Assembly: GCA_017416245.1 (NCBI GenBank)
Contig: JAFQCX010000022.1
Location: 7,295-71,294, forward strand
DNA length: 64,000 bases
From: Oscillospiraceae bacterium
GTDB taxonomy: Bacteria; Bacillota; Clostridia; Oscillospirales; Oscillospiraceae
Direction: 5' to 3'
The notes beneath the pieces were generated by a model that saw only the letters and a program-made list of their open reading frames with translations, searched no databases and was not told the origin of the DNA. Below are positions 1-9,713 of this stretch, piece after piece. The position numbers were made by a program, and so were the translations under genes. Position 1 is the first letter of the stretch. The number at the start of each line of letters is the position of its first letter.

Positions 1-192
1 AACTTTGTGGGTATGCTCACCGACTCCCGTTCCTTCCTCAGCTACGCGCGGCACGACTATTTCCGTCGGATTCTGTGCAACCTGGTAGGTTCTTGGGTGG
101 AAAATGGTGAATATCCCAACAACGACGCTTCTCTGAAGAAGATCGTAGAGGGTGTCAGCTGCTACAATGCAGTTCGTTACTTCGACCTGTAA
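1..192 (+). CDS. uxaC: Glucuronate isomerase, C-terminal fragment (gene runs off window start)
   Basis: [27 protein letters not shown]...YNAVRYF is the characteristic UxaC C-terminus. Confidence 0.92.
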   Translation, partial: NFVGMLTDSRSFLSYARHDYFRRILCNLVGSWVENGEYPNNDASLKKIVEGVSCYNAVRYFDL

Positions 193-197
193 AACAT

Positions 198-232
198 AAA
201 AAATCCCCCGACCGATGGTCGGGGGATTTTTT
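198..232. terminator. Bidirectional intrinsic terminator between uxaC and mgtC
   Basis: aaaaaatcccccgacc-gat-ggtcgggggatttttt, A/T tracts on both sides, between convergent genes. Confidence 0.85.
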
Positions 233-899
233 ATAGTTCCTCTAAGTAGGCAACACCGGGGATATCTTCCACTTGCTCCAGAATATCCGCGTGGTTGCTG
301 CGTTTTTTTGCTTTCAGCGTTGCGATATAAGCCCGGCCGTTGCCTTCATTTCCCTGCTCGCGCTGGACATTGTAGATCTCAATGCCGCTGTCCCGGACAG
401 TCCGCAGGAAATCTCCAAGGGTGATTCTCTCGGACAACTCTATGTAGGCCTCCAGCTGCTTACTCTTGCGGTGGAGGTTATTATCCATCCGCTGCAGCAG
501 CGTGATGACCGTAAAGATCGCCACGCTGCCGATTACCGCCGCCTCATAGAAGCCGATGCCCAGCGCCAGGCCAATGCCTGCCGCTGTCCACAGGCCGGCT
601 GCAGTGGTCAGACCCTTGATTTGGTTTCTCCGTGTCACCACAATGGTGCCTGCGCCCAAAAAGCCGATGCCGCTGATGACCTGCGCGCCCAAGCGCACGG
701 GATCGCCGGAGCCGTACACCTGATACACATACTGATTGGTTAACATAATTAAGCAAGAGCCCACGCAAACCAGCATATACGTACGCATACCGGCAGGTCT
801 GTTTTTCATACCACGCTCCAGGCCCAGCAGGCCCCCTGCCAGTATGGCAATCAGAATTCGCAGGGCAATTGCCCAATAGGTTACTTCCCGAATTTCCAT
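231..899 (-). CDS. MgtC/SapB family membrane protein
   Basis: GLERGMKNRPAGMRTY, DPVRLGAQVISGIGFLGAG and GLTTAAGLW motifs; C-terminal ACT-like domain. Confidence 0.9.
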   Translation of the reverse strand: MEIREVTYWAIALRILIAILAGGLLGLERGMKNRPAGMRTYMLVCVGSCLIMLTNQYVYQVYGSGDPVRLGAQVISGIGFLGAGTIVVTRRNQIKGLTTAAGLWTAAGIGLALGIGFYEAAVIGSVAIFTVITLLQRMDNNLHRKSKQLEAYIELSERITLGDFLRTVRDSGIEIYNVQREQGNEGNGRAYIATLKAKKRSNHADILEQVEDIPGVAYLEEL

Positions 900-938
900 A
901 CTTTCACCTCATTCTATCTTTATGAGCCAGCGGCTCGA

Positions 939-1307
939 TTATTCGGCCGCAATGGCCTCTATTTCACACAACACGCCCTTGGGCAGACTCTTCACCGCCA
1001 CGCAGCTGCGGGCCGGCTTGGAAACAAAGTATTGGGCGTACACCTCGTTGAACTCTGCAAAGTCGCCCATATCTGCCAAATAGCAGGTGGTCTTGAATAC
1101 TTTCTCAAACCCAAAACCTGCGGCATCCAAAATTGCGCCCACATTCTGGCAGCTTTGGTGGGTCTGCGCCACGATGCCGTCGGGAATTTTGCCGGTTTCC
1201 GGGTCGATCCCGATCTGCCCCGAGGTGTAGACAAAGCCGTTTACTACATAGCCCTGGCTGTAGGGTCCGATCGCCCCGGGGGCGCGGGTGGTTTCAATGA
1301 TTTTCAT
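939..1307 (-). CDS. ridA: RidA/YjgF family enamine deaminase
   Basis: Start MKIIETTRAPGAIGPYSQ (ATG 1307, SD ggagga); SGQI, PARS and EIEAIA motifs. Confidence 0.9.
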   Translation of the reverse strand: MKIIETTRAPGAIGPYSQGYVVNGFVYTSGQIGIDPETGKIPDGIVAQTHQSCQNVGAILDAAGFGFEKVFKTTCYLADMGDFAEFNEVYAQYFVSKPARSCVAVKSLPKGVLCEIEAIAAE

Positions 1308-3439
1308 GTCATTTCCTCCTGCTGCCAACGCAGCTCTCTGCCTTGGCAGGTAAATATGATAACCTGTTTTTCCGCTGACTCCTCCCGCAGGATCCGAAGG
1401 GTTTCTGCCAAACGTACGTCGTCGAATCGCACCAAGGCATCGTCCAGCACCAGGGGAGCATTGGGTGTCAGTTCCTCTGCCACAGCCAAACGCAGGGCAA
1501 GGTACAACTGGTCCACCGTGCCGTCGCTGCGCCAAAGTAAGCCTCGCAAGCCTACTTCCTCCTGTGCGCCGGACTCCATTGACAGGTCCTCACGCAGACT
1601 CAACCGCTGATAGCGGCCGCCGGTCAGACGGGAAAACAGCTCCTGCGCCCGCCCGGAAATACGAGGGGCAAAACGGCGCTGCAGTTCCTGCGTCGCCTGG
1701 GTCAGGATATCCTGCGCCAGGATCAAAGCCCGGTTGTATTTCCCCAGCACAGCAAGCCGGGCTTCCAGCTGCTGCTTTTGGGCTTGGAGGGCTTCCTCCT
1801 TGCCCAGTGCGTCCATTTGACCCTGGCACTGTCCCAGCCGATGCTGCAGATTATGTTTTTCGCTGGCCATCTCTGTCAACGCCTTTTCTGTTTCCTCACG
1901 GGAAAGCTGCAGCATATCCTCAAATGCAGGGGGTTGGATCTGTTCGCCAGCGCCGGAGAGGGCCTGCAGGACACTCTCCGCCTGTTGCAATGCCCGCCGA
2001 TTCTCTGTCAGGCGGTCATAGCTTTGCAGTTGGCTACGGCAAAGCTCCTCATACTGCGTCAGACTTTGGGTTCCGGTAATTTCGGCAATGGCCTGCTCAT
2101 TTTCCTCCAGCTGGCGGTTCAGAGTCGCCGCCTCCTGCTGACGGTCGTTAAGGGTTTCGTTATAGCGCTGGCGGGCATCGGCATAGTTCTGCGCCTCCTG
2201 CTCCCAGCAATCGGCAGAGATGCCGCGGTATTTATCCAGCAGCCGGTCTATCTGCTGCTGCAGCTTCTTATGCTTACGGATGCCCAGCGCAAAGCAAATT
2301 GCACCGAGGACAAAGCTTGCTGCTGCTATAATCGGCTGGGAAATAAACAGCAATGCGATAGCAATGACCGCCAGGATCCCGCCAACAATATGGGGGATAG
2401 GCTTTTTCTGATCGTTTTTCAGCTGCTGCAGGACCTTGGCATCCAGCCTTGCGTCACCCACAACCGTTTCCGGGTCCTTACCACGGAAGGCGTCCTTCGC
2501 CTCCGGAACAGGAGGCAAAGGAGGTAACTGAAAGCTCTTGGTCCGCAGTGTGTCCCGACGGTCCCGCAGCTGTTGCAGTTGGGCAAGGTTTCTGCGGATC
2601 AGCTCCTGCTCCGGCAAGGCTGCGCATTCTGCCTCTGCCCGGGTCAAAGCTTGCTCTGCCGCATCACGGGCAGTTTTGGCAGCAATCAGCTTTTCGCTAT
2701 ACTGCTTTTGCTCGTTATACCGCAGGGCCTGTCTGTGATTTTCCAGCCGGCGCTCCTTTTCCGCTGCCAGCGTCTGCTGATCCTTTATAGAGGATATCTG
2801 ATACTGCAGGCTGCGTAGCTGATCCAGCTTATCCGTCACTGCCTTCAACTCGGACTCGGCTTCGGGGATCAGGCCGGTTTTATTATGCTTGCACTTGTTT
2901 TTCAGCTTGTTCAGTTTTTCCTGCAACGCAGCAGAGGCGCCGCTTTCATCGCCGGTGGTCACCAGCTCATTCAGCCGGCGGCGCAGGGATTCGTCCTCTT
3001 TTATGGGCATTTCAGAGAGCTTCAGAAAGCCGGCTCGCTCGAATACGCTCCGTTCCACCCCCAGCAGCACCTGACCGGGGGCAGGTACGCACAGCTCCGG
3101 CACAGGTATGCCCGTTTCTGTTTCGTAGGCTTTTACCTCTCCCATAGGGGTAACTCTCTTATTCTGACGCTGAATGGTGATTTTTCGTCCGTTCCACAGA
3201 ATATCCATACTGCCCGACATAGGCTCGCCGGACCAGGGCTTATAATGCTCCTTATCCGCAAGGAAGCCTGTTTTTGTCTGGGAACGGGTATCGATACCAT
3301 AGAGCATAGCCATCAAAAAGGCGCACCAGGTACTTTTGCCCCATTCGTTGGGGGCTTCGATAATGTTCAGATCAGGCTTCAGGGTAATGGTCTGGTTGGA
3401 CAGCTTGCCGAAGGTGGCGGTCATAGAAAGAATCTTCAC
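1304..3439 (-). CDS. SMC/Rad50-like AAA ATPase (YhaN/SbcE-like) with central transmembrane hairpin
   Basis: Walker A PNEWGKST, long coiled coil, C-terminal SDGTVDQLYLALRLA and Walker B LVLDD; hydrophobic stretch mid-protein. Confidence 0.85.
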   Translation of the reverse strand: MKILSMTATFGKLSNQTITLKPDLNIIEAPNEWGKSTWCAFLMAMLYGIDTRSQTKTGFLADKEHYKPWSGEPMSGSMDILWNGRKITIQRQNKRVTPMGEVKAYETETGIPVPELCVPAPGQVLLGVERSVFERAGFLKLSEMPIKEDESLRRRLNELVTTGDESGASAALQEKLNKLKNKCKHNKTGLIPEAESELKAVTDKLDQLRSLQYQISSIKDQQTLAAEKERRLENHRQALRYNEQKQYSEKLIAAKTARDAAEQALTRAEAECAALPEQELIRRNLAQLQQLRDRRDTLRTKSFQLPPLPPVPEAKDAFRGKDPETVVGDARLDAKVLQQLKNDQKKPIPHIVGGILAVIAIALLFISQPIIAAASFVLGAICFALGIRKHKKLQQQIDRLLDKYRGISADCWEQEAQNYADARQRYNETLNDRQQEAATLNRQLEENEQAIAEITGTQSLTQYEELCRSQLQSYDRLTENRRALQQAESVLQALSGAGEQIQPPAFEDMLQLSREETEKALTEMASEKHNLQHRLGQCQGQMDALGKEEALQAQKQQLEARLAVLGKYNRALILAQDILTQATQELQRRFAPRISGRAQELFSRLTGGRYQRLSLREDLSMESGAQEEVGLRGLLWRSDGTVDQLYLALRLAVAEELTPNAPLVLDDALVRFDDVRLAETLRILREESAEKQVIIFTCQGRELRWQQEEMT

Positions 3440-4479
3440 GGCAAGGCCACCTCCTGTCCATCCAGCAGCCGGCAGGCAATTTCCGCCGCCAGTTCAATTT
3501 CTTCCCTTTCCTCTCCTGTGGCAGCATCCAACGCCTGCTTCAGCAGGTCAAAGTATGTGCCCCGGAAGCTATCCTCTCCCAGGCAGCCCCAAACATCCAC
3601 CGGGCGGGTAGTCTGATCCCGCAAAATAAGATTGGGGAAACGGGAATATTCTTCCCTCAAGGCGTTCAAATCCGGCTCTTCACAACTGCCGGTAAGGGTA
3701 ACGCGGTAGTAATCATCATTTCCCACAGGAGGCAGTACGCTGTCCAGCTCCTTAGGCTCTGCCTGCATATCGTAAAAACGAGGGGTATTCAGCGGACGGA
3801 ACAGAACGTTTACTGTATCGTCCAGGGTAACGATATACACACCCTTCACCCCGGTTTCGTCATAGCCTCTGCCCATAGGGCAGCCGGGCCAGGCGCAGAG
3901 GGTTTTGCCTGCGCGGAAGCTATCTGCCTTGTGGATATGACCCAAAGCGATATAATCCAGATTGGAAGCCTGCACCTGTTCTCTGGTGATGGCATTATAC
4001 TGGGAATTGGTCTGGGCCGCATCCCCGTGGAAGATGCCAATGGCATATTTTTCCGCAGACTCCGCGACAAAGCCCTCCAACAAAGAGGGGCACTCCATAC
4101 CCACAAAGCCGGCGCCGTAAACACGGCAGTCAAGCTCCGGAATCGAAACAGATTCTATCTGCTGGGAATGGAAAATATGCACATTCTCCGGCCACAGTTC
4201 CTTGTTCCAGGGACTATCCGGGGCGCAGAAATCGTGGTTACCGGGAGTGATGAACACCGGCACTTCCATAGCCTTCAGGGTTTCATATACGGTTTGATAG
4301 ATATAGGGAGTATACGCTCCGTCGAACACGTCGCCGGCAAGGAGCACCATATCGCAATCTTCCTGCCGCAACACCTCCAGGATCCGTCCGGGAACGGCCA
4401 TTAGCGCCTGCCGCAATTCCTCCCCGTGACCCTGCAAGGGTGCGCCTAAATGCCAATCAGCGGTGTGCAGTATTTTCAT
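3436..4479 (-). CDS. Mre11/SbcD-like metallophosphoesterase exonuclease (YhaO-like)
   Basis: HTADWHLG, AGDVFD, PGNHD and ALGHIH motifs; overlaps the ATPase start by 4 nt. Confidence 0.88.
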   Translation of the reverse strand: MKILHTADWHLGAPLQGHGEELRQALMAVPGRILEVLRQEDCDMVLLAGDVFDGAYTPYIYQTVYETLKAMEVPVFITPGNHDFCAPDSPWNKELWPENVHIFHSQQIESVSIPELDCRVYGAGFVGMECPSLLEGFVAESAEKYAIGIFHGDAAQTNSQYNAITREQVQASNLDYIALGHIHKADSFRAGKTLCAWPGCPMGRGYDETGVKGVYIVTLDDTVNVLFRPLNTPRFYDMQAEPKELDSVLPPVGNDDYYRVTLTGSCEEPDLNALREEYSRFPNLILRDQTTRPVDVWGCLGEDSFRGTYFDLLKQALDAATGEEREEIELAAEIACRLLDGQEVALP

Positions 4480-5251
4480 CGTAGCAATCCACCCTTTCTA
4501 CGTTCTTACATAAGCCGGTTTGGCTATCCACAGTAAACAAAACCGCCTCCATTTTGGTTGGGCCGTCCGCCCAGCGGTAGCGTTCCGGCAGGTCGCCCCG
4601 GAATTTGGCGATGGACAGGTCAGGCCGAATACCCAAAACCGAGTGCTTGGGGCCGGTCATACCCAAATCCGTCACATAGCCTGTGCCCTTGGGAAGCACC
4701 TGGGTATCTGCGGTTGGTACGTGGGTATGGGTGCCCCACAAAGCGCTCACTCGCCCGTCCAGCATATAGCCCATGGCCAGCTTTTCAGAGGTGGCCTCTG
4801 CGTGAAGCTCCACAAAAATCAGCTTGGTGTCAATTTCTTTTAACATTTTTTCTACCTGCAGGAAAGGGTTATCCGGAGTGTAGTCCATATTCACCCGGCC
4901 TTGCAGGTCGATCACCGCTACCGGGCCGGCTTTGGTTTCATAAACACCGTAGCCCACACCGGGGGCTTGGGGGGCATAGTTGGCAGGACGCAGAATGCGG
5001 GAGTTATCCTCCATATAGGAAACGATCTCCCGCTTGGCATAGGTATGGTTGCCCATAGTGATCACATCTGCGCCGGCATCGAAAATATCCTCTGCCTGAT
5101 TGGGGGTGATCCCCACAACGGACGCATTTTCCCCGTTGACCACCACAAAATCCGCATTCGTTTTCTTTTTCAGCCACCGCAGAGAGTAGCAAATCCGATC
5201 CATTCCGGGATTGCCAACCACATCGCCGATGGCCAGTACCTTGAAATCCAT
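4457..5251 (-). CDS. ymdB: YmdB/TIGR00282 family metallophosphoesterase
   Basis: GDVVG, NGEN, MGNH, HAEATSEK, GTHTHV and TDLGMTG motifs; start MDFKV with SD ggaggg. Confidence 0.9.
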   Translation of the reverse strand: MDFKVLAIGDVVGNPGMDRICYSLRWLKKKTNADFVVVNGENASVVGITPNQAEDIFDAGADVITMGNHTYAKREIVSYMEDNSRILRPANYAPQAPGVGYGVYETKAGPVAVIDLQGRVNMDYTPDNPFLQVEKMLKEIDTKLIFVELHAEATSEKLAMGYMLDGRVSALWGTHTHVPTADTQVLPKGTGYVTDLGMTGPKHSVLGIRPDLSIAKFRGDLPERYRWADGPTKMEAVLFTVDSQTGLCKNVERVDCYDENTAHR

Positions 5252-5471
5252 TCTGTTCCCCTCCATTTTTATCCGTATATTATACACAAAAAGGTTGCAC
5301 TGCGCAAGTATTGGGCGCAAAATTATTGAAAACCCATTGCAGGTTATAGCTATTACTGTACATCAATATTTTTATAAATCGCAAAAATTAAAGCAAGGTA
5401 TTTTATTGACAGTGCCGTTTGCAATACGATACAATAAACGCATCATTACTGTAAGGAAAAGGAGCAGAATT

Positions 5472-6236
5472 GTGGCAAATTTGAGAGATAAAATCTGGCT
5501 TTGGGGTCAAACGCCCGGTGCACATCACTTTGATTACAATCTTCCAGGTGTGAACAAAATGACACCCTCGGAAGGTCTGTCCTTCTTCGGTATTTCGAAT
5601 CTCTGCCGTGTAAAAATGGCAAGAGAAGCAGAAAAATCTTTTCTTATGGATCCTTGGCTGGGAGCGCCTGCCAAAAAGCTATGTTTATCCCTAATCGGAT
5701 CCGGTGGAGCAGTTCCTGAGCCGGATATGGCGCCGATTCTTGAAATCGCCAAGAACGAACCCCGTGTGGTGAGTGCTGTTATGGATGACTTTGTCAGTGC
5801 CGCCCGCATGGAGGTATTTACCCCGGAAGTGCTGGAAGGTTTCAAAGCACAACTGCACAACACCCTGGACAGACCTTTGGAGTTGTGGTCTGTGATCTAT
5901 GAAAATGATTTGGAAAAACCCATTGCCGAAAGGGCGCGGATTTTTGATGTGACCTCTTTTTGGATTTGGAAAGGCGAAAATTTAGTCAATCAGAAAGAAT
6001 ATATCAAACAGATTCGCCAGATCAACGACAACGGCAGACTGATGCTGGGTGTCTATCTGTATGACTACGGCAACAAGCAACAACTGACCGATGACCAAAT
6101 GTACCGCCAACTGGATTTGGTGGGAGAAAAACTGGCGACCGGTGAAATTGAAGGTGCAATTCTCTGCTCTAACTGTGTAGCTGACTTAGGTTTCTCCACT
6201 GTGGACATTACCTTGAATTGGCTGGATAAATTGTAA
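5472..6236 (+). CDS. Hypothetical protein (possible TIM-barrel fold)
   Basis: GTG start after SD aaggag; upstream TTGACA(5406)-18-TACAAT promoter; downstream hairpin; no family recognised. Confidence 0.75.
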   Translation: MANLRDKIWLWGQTPGAHHFDYNLPGVNKMTPSEGLSFFGISNLCRVKMAREAEKSFLMDPWLGAPAKKLCLSLIGSGGAVPEPDMAPILEIAKNEPRVVSAVMDDFVSAARMEVFTPEVLEGFKAQLHNTLDRPLELWSVIYENDLEKPIAERARIFDVTSFWIWKGENLVNQKEYIKQIRQINDNGRLMLGVYLYDYGNKQQLTDDQMYRQLDLVGEKLATGEIEGAILCSNCVADLGFSTVDITLNWLDKL

Positions 6237-6244
6237 GTAGAATA

Positions 6245-6274
6245 ATACCCCCTCGGAGCAACCCGAGGGGGTAT
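6245..6274. terminator. Hairpin terminator between convergent genes
   Basis: ataccccctcgg-agcaac-ccgagggggtat. Confidence 0.7.
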
Positions 6275-6283
6275 ATGCATTTT

Positions 6284-7564
6284 TTATCTTTGGTATTCAA
6301 ACTGGAAATCGTAGATGTCTACGGTGTCGCCGTCCTGGATGCCCATTTCCTCCAACCGCTTGAACAGACCGCATTTATGCAGCTGCATATCAAAGTAGTT
6401 GCGGGATTCGTAATCATCGAAATTGATGTTCATAATGAGCCGCTCCAGCCAGGTGCCGGTGATCAGCCAGGTGCTGCCCAAATGCTCGATTTCCAAAGCA
6501 TTGGGATCGCCGGCTTCGATCTCGGGAGCAACGTACTCCGGCTCGTAGATGGTGACCGGGGGCAGGGTGCGCAGCTTTTCTGCCACCACACGCATTAAAT
6601 TCTTTGTACCCTGGGTAGTACCGGCGGAAATTTCATACAGCTCACAGCCGGCTGCTTCCACGTGCTTACGCAGGCGCTCCAGGTTATCGGACTCGGGCAT
6701 CAGCAGGTCGCACTTATTGGCTGCCACGATCATAGGCCGGTTGCTTAAATCAACAGAGTAATTCTTCAGCTCCTCGCAGATGGCATCAAAATCCTCCTCG
6801 GGATCTCTTGCCTCGCTGCCGGACACATCAACAACGTGCACCAACAAACGGCAGCGGTCGATATGCCGCAGAAAATCGTGACCCAGACCTGCGCCATCGG
6901 CTGCGCCCTCAATAATGCCGGGAATGTCCGCCATAACGAAGGACACACCCTCGTCCACATAGATGACGCCCAGATTGGGGTACAGGGTGGTAAAGTGGTA
7001 GTTGGCGATTTTCGGACGGGCATTAGAGGTTACAGACAACAGCGTGGATTTGCCCACGTTGGGAAAGCCCACCAAACCCACATCTGCCAGCAGCTTCAGC
7101 TCCAAAATCACATCCCGTTCCTGACCGGGCAGACCGGCCTTGGCAAAACGGGGCACTTGACGGGTGGGGGTGGCATAGTGGGCATTGCCCCAGCCGCCGC
7201 GACCGCCCTTGGCGATAACAAAGTCCTCACCGGTGGACATATCTACAATGATTTGGTTTGTTTCTGCGTCACGGACCACAGTGCCTCTGGGCACCTGGAT
7301 CACCAAAGGCTCTCCACGCTTACCGCTCATGCTGCGGCCCTGTCCGTTAGCGCCGCTTTGGGCGGCATATTTGCGCTTATAGCGGAAGTCAAGCAAGGTG
7401 GACAGGTTATCGTTCACCCGCAAAATCACGCTGCCGCCGTGACCGCCATCACCGCCGTCCGGGCCGCCGGCTGCCACATATTTTTCCCGGTGGAAAGCCA
7501 CCGCGCCGTCACCGCCGCGACCGCCGATGACCGTAATGCGGACTTTATCCACAAACATTTCCAT
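6284..7564 (-). CDS. obgE: GTPase ObgE/CgtA
   Basis: Gly-rich Obg domain, GFPNVGKST, DIPG, NKCD, C-terminal OCT domain; ATG 7564 best spaced from SD aaaggag. Confidence 0.97.
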   Translation of the reverse strand: MEMFVDKVRITVIGGRGGDGAVAFHREKYVAAGGPDGGDGGHGGSVILRVNDNLSTLLDFRYKRKYAAQSGANGQGRSMSGKRGEPLVIQVPRGTVVRDAETNQIIVDMSTGEDFVIAKGGRGGWGNAHYATPTRQVPRFAKAGLPGQERDVILELKLLADVGLVGFPNVGKSTLLSVTSNARPKIANYHFTTLYPNLGVIYVDEGVSFVMADIPGIIEGAADGAGLGHDFLRHIDRCRLLVHVVDVSGSEARDPEEDFDAICEELKNYSVDLSNRPMIVAANKCDLLMPESDNLERLRKHVEAAGCELYEISAGTTQGTKNLMRVVAEKLRTLPPVTIYEPEYVAPEIEAGDPNALEIEHLGSTWLITGTWLERLIMNINFDDYESRNYFDMQLHKCGLFKRLEEMGIQDGDTVDIYDFQFEYQR

Positions 7565-7609
7565 AAGCAATCTCCTTTGCGAAGAAATTGGTTTATAGGC
7601 ACTGTCATT

Positions 7610-7683
7610 GTAGGGGCGAGCATTGCTCGTCCGTCACGTTTGAACAATACTGCAACAGCGGACGACCAATGGTCGCCCCTACA
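7610..7683. repeat. GTAG-tagged REP doublet (REPIN-like), 74 bp
   Basis: gtaggggcgagcattgctcgtcc...ggacgaccaatggtcgcccctaca; near-identical ends at 52287-52360. Confidence 0.85.
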
Positions 7684-7757
7684 AGGCACTGCCGTTACAA
7701 AGACAAAAAGGCTGCTGCAGGTATGTGCAGCAGCCCTTTCAAGCTAACAAATCGTGA

Positions 7758-8042
7758 TTACTGCTCTGCAGCGTACACGGAGCACTGACGGCGATCCTTG
7801 CCCTTACGCTCGAAACGGACAGTGCCGTCTACCAGAGCGAACAGAGTGTCATCGCTGCCGATACCCACGTTCACACCGGGGTGAATGTGAGTGCCTCTCT
7901 GGCGAACCAGAATGTTACCGGCCAGAACAAACTGACCGTCAGCACGCTTCACGCCCAGACGCTTGGACTCGGAATCACGGCCGTTCTTGGTAGAACCACC
8001 GCCCTTATGGTGAGCGAAGAACTGAATACCAATTTTCATCAT
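7758..8042 (-). CDS. rpmA: 50S ribosomal protein bL27 with Prp-cleaved N-terminal extension
   Basis: [24 protein letters not shown]; SD ggaggt. Confidence 0.97.
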   Translation of the reverse strand: MMKIGIQFFAHHKGGGSTKNGRDSESKRLGVKRADGQFVLAGNILVRQRGTHIHPGVNVGIGSDDTLFALVDGTVRFERKGKDRRQCSVYAAEQ

Positions 8043-8046
8043 GGTG

Positions 8047-8370
8047 TTACACCTCCAAAACTTCGATATAATCGGGATATTCGTCCCGCAGGTTGCACAG
8101 GTACAGAAGCAAACCGGCAAGCACTGCCTGTACGCTTTCTTCCTCATCGCAAACAGCGGGGAGGGTCAGAGTGATACGCGCATCCTCTTCCTTGACCCGA
8201 ATTTTGGCCTTTGCGCCACACACATCGTTGATGGTGGCCTCAGCCATTCCAACTACGGCTGACACAGCTGCGCAGACAATATCCTGCCCTGCCTCTGCAT
8301 AACCGCTATGACCGGAAACGGAGAATCCTGTGATTCTGCCATCTTCCATTCTAAACTCGCATCTTGTCAT
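8047..8370 (-). CDS. prp: Ribosomal processing cysteine protease Prp (YsxB)
   Basis: GHSGY...DIVCAAVS catalytic His/Cys; lies between rplU and rpmA. Confidence 0.93.
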   Translation of the reverse strand: MTRCEFRMEDGRITGFSVSGHSGYAEAGQDIVCAAVSAVVGMAEATINDVCGAKAKIRVKEEDARITLTLPAVCDEEESVQAVLAGLLLYLCNLRDEYPDYIEVLEV

Positions 8371-8372
8371 AA

Positions 8373-8681
8373 TTACAGAGCGATCTTGGTGATTTCCACC
8401 TTGGTGTAGGGCTGACGATGGCCCTGCTTCTTCTTCTCGTTCTTCTTGGCCTTGTACTTGAAGACGGTGATCTTCTTAGCCTTGCCGTTCTTGATAGCCT
8501 TAGCCTCTACGGTAGCGCCTTCCACAACGGGGGTGCCGATCTTAGAGTTCTCGCCGTCCAGAATTGCCAGAACGTCGAACTTGACGGTAGCCTCAGCTTC
8601 TACCTCCAGCTTCTCGATGTACAAAACATCGCCCTCAGCTACGGTGTACTGCTTGCCACCAGTTACGATAACTGCTTTCAT
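8373..8681 (-). CDS. rplU: 50S ribosomal protein bL21
   Basis: [12 protein letters not shown]...GHRQPYT. Confidence 0.97.
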   Translation of the reverse strand: MKAVIVTGGKQYTVAEGDVLYIEKLEVEAEATVKFDVLAILDGENSKIGTPVVEGATVEAKAIKNGKAKKITVFKYKAKKNEKKKQGHRQPYTKVEITKIAL

Positions 8682-8705
8682 CCTTTTTTCACCTACTTTA
8701 TTTTT

Positions 8706-8760
8706 GTAGACTCGCTCTAAAGGCGGGTGCATTTTGGGCGCACCAACTTAAGCCTCTTCA
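8706..8760 (-). ncRNA. Putative L21 ribosomal leader RNA
   Basis: 5'UTR of rplU reads GGUGCG-cccaaaa-UGCACC..GCGAGUCU, resembling the Firmicute L21_leader; judged by eye. Confidence 0.6.
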
Positions 8761-8828
8761 ATGCGGCTTGACTATTTTAGCAAAGGGATATGTAAAAGTC
8801 AAGGGGTTTTTACAACTTTTTCTGCCTT

Positions 8829-9710
8829 TTACAGCACTTTTGCACCCTCAAATGCCACGTGCAGGGGCATGATCTCCCAGTTTTTCTCTGTCAGGGCAGG
8901 CAGCTTATCGGCAAGCCTGTCCTTTAGGGTCTTATCCCGGGTGATACACAGCAGGGTCGGACCTGCGCCACTGAGGCAAAATGCCGCGCCGGAGGTACGG
9001 GCAATGCCCTCGATCACCTCGTAATCGTGGACCATATGCTTTCGGTAGGGCTGGTGGAGCTTATCCTGCATAGCGTTACGCAGCAGCTTCTCGTCGCCCA
9101 GCTCCAAGGCCTTCAGCACCAATGCGCCGTGGCCTACATTATAAATAGCATCAGCGCGGCTGACCTGCTCCGGCAAAACCGCTCTTGCCTTTACCGTGGG
9201 CATATCAAAATCAGGAATCAGCGCCAAAAATTCCCAATCCTGGTGCAAGGGGAAATTTACCGTCACAGGCAGACCGTTATCCACCATTGATGCGGTCAAG
9301 CCGCCAAAAAAGGCAGGCGCAAGGTTATCCGGGTGGCCCTCCATAGCGTTGGTGATGTTCAGCAAGCCCTGGGTGGACAGGCGGTTGCCTCTGAGCACAT
9401 TGGCGCCCATTGCACCCGCAACCAGCAGGGCTGCGGAAGAGCCCAGACCCCGGCAAATGGGAATGTGGGCATCGATATGGATCTTCACGCCTTTGACTTC
9501 CTCACTCAGAGATGCCAGCACAGCGCAATAGGATACGTATGCCAAATTGTCCGGACCGGTAAATGCCTCATCGCAGCCGGTGATCTCCAGGCCGCTTTCC
9601 GTTTCCTCGAAGGTCACGTCTGTATATAGCTGCAGGGCGCAGCCGAAGGCATCAAAGCCGGGGCCTAAATTGGCGGTTGTAGCCGGTACGCGAATGGTTA
9701 CTGCTTTCAT
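8829..9710 (-). CDS. thrB: Homoserine kinase
   Basis: VPATTANLGPGFD, GLGSSAA, EGHPDN and LSGAGPT motifs. Confidence 0.95.
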   Translation of the reverse strand: MKAVTIRVPATTANLGPGFDAFGCALQLYTDVTFEETESGLEITGCDEAFTGPDNLAYVSYCAVLASLSEEVKGVKIHIDAHIPICRGLGSSAALLVAGAMGANVLRGNRLSTQGLLNITNAMEGHPDNLAPAFFGGLTASMVDNGLPVTVNFPLHQDWEFLALIPDFDMPTVKARAVLPEQVSRADAIYNVGHGALVLKALELGDEKLLRNAMQDKLHQPYRKHMVHDYEVIEGIARTSGAAFCLSGAGPTLLCITRDKTLKDRLADKLPALTEKNWEIMPLHVAFEGAKVL

Positions 9711-9713
9711 ACA

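Noticed and set aside
7545-7553. Perfect DnaA box TTATCCACA (also 30466-30474) as oriC evidence
   Set aside because: Isolated and inside coding sequence; no cluster or unwinding element
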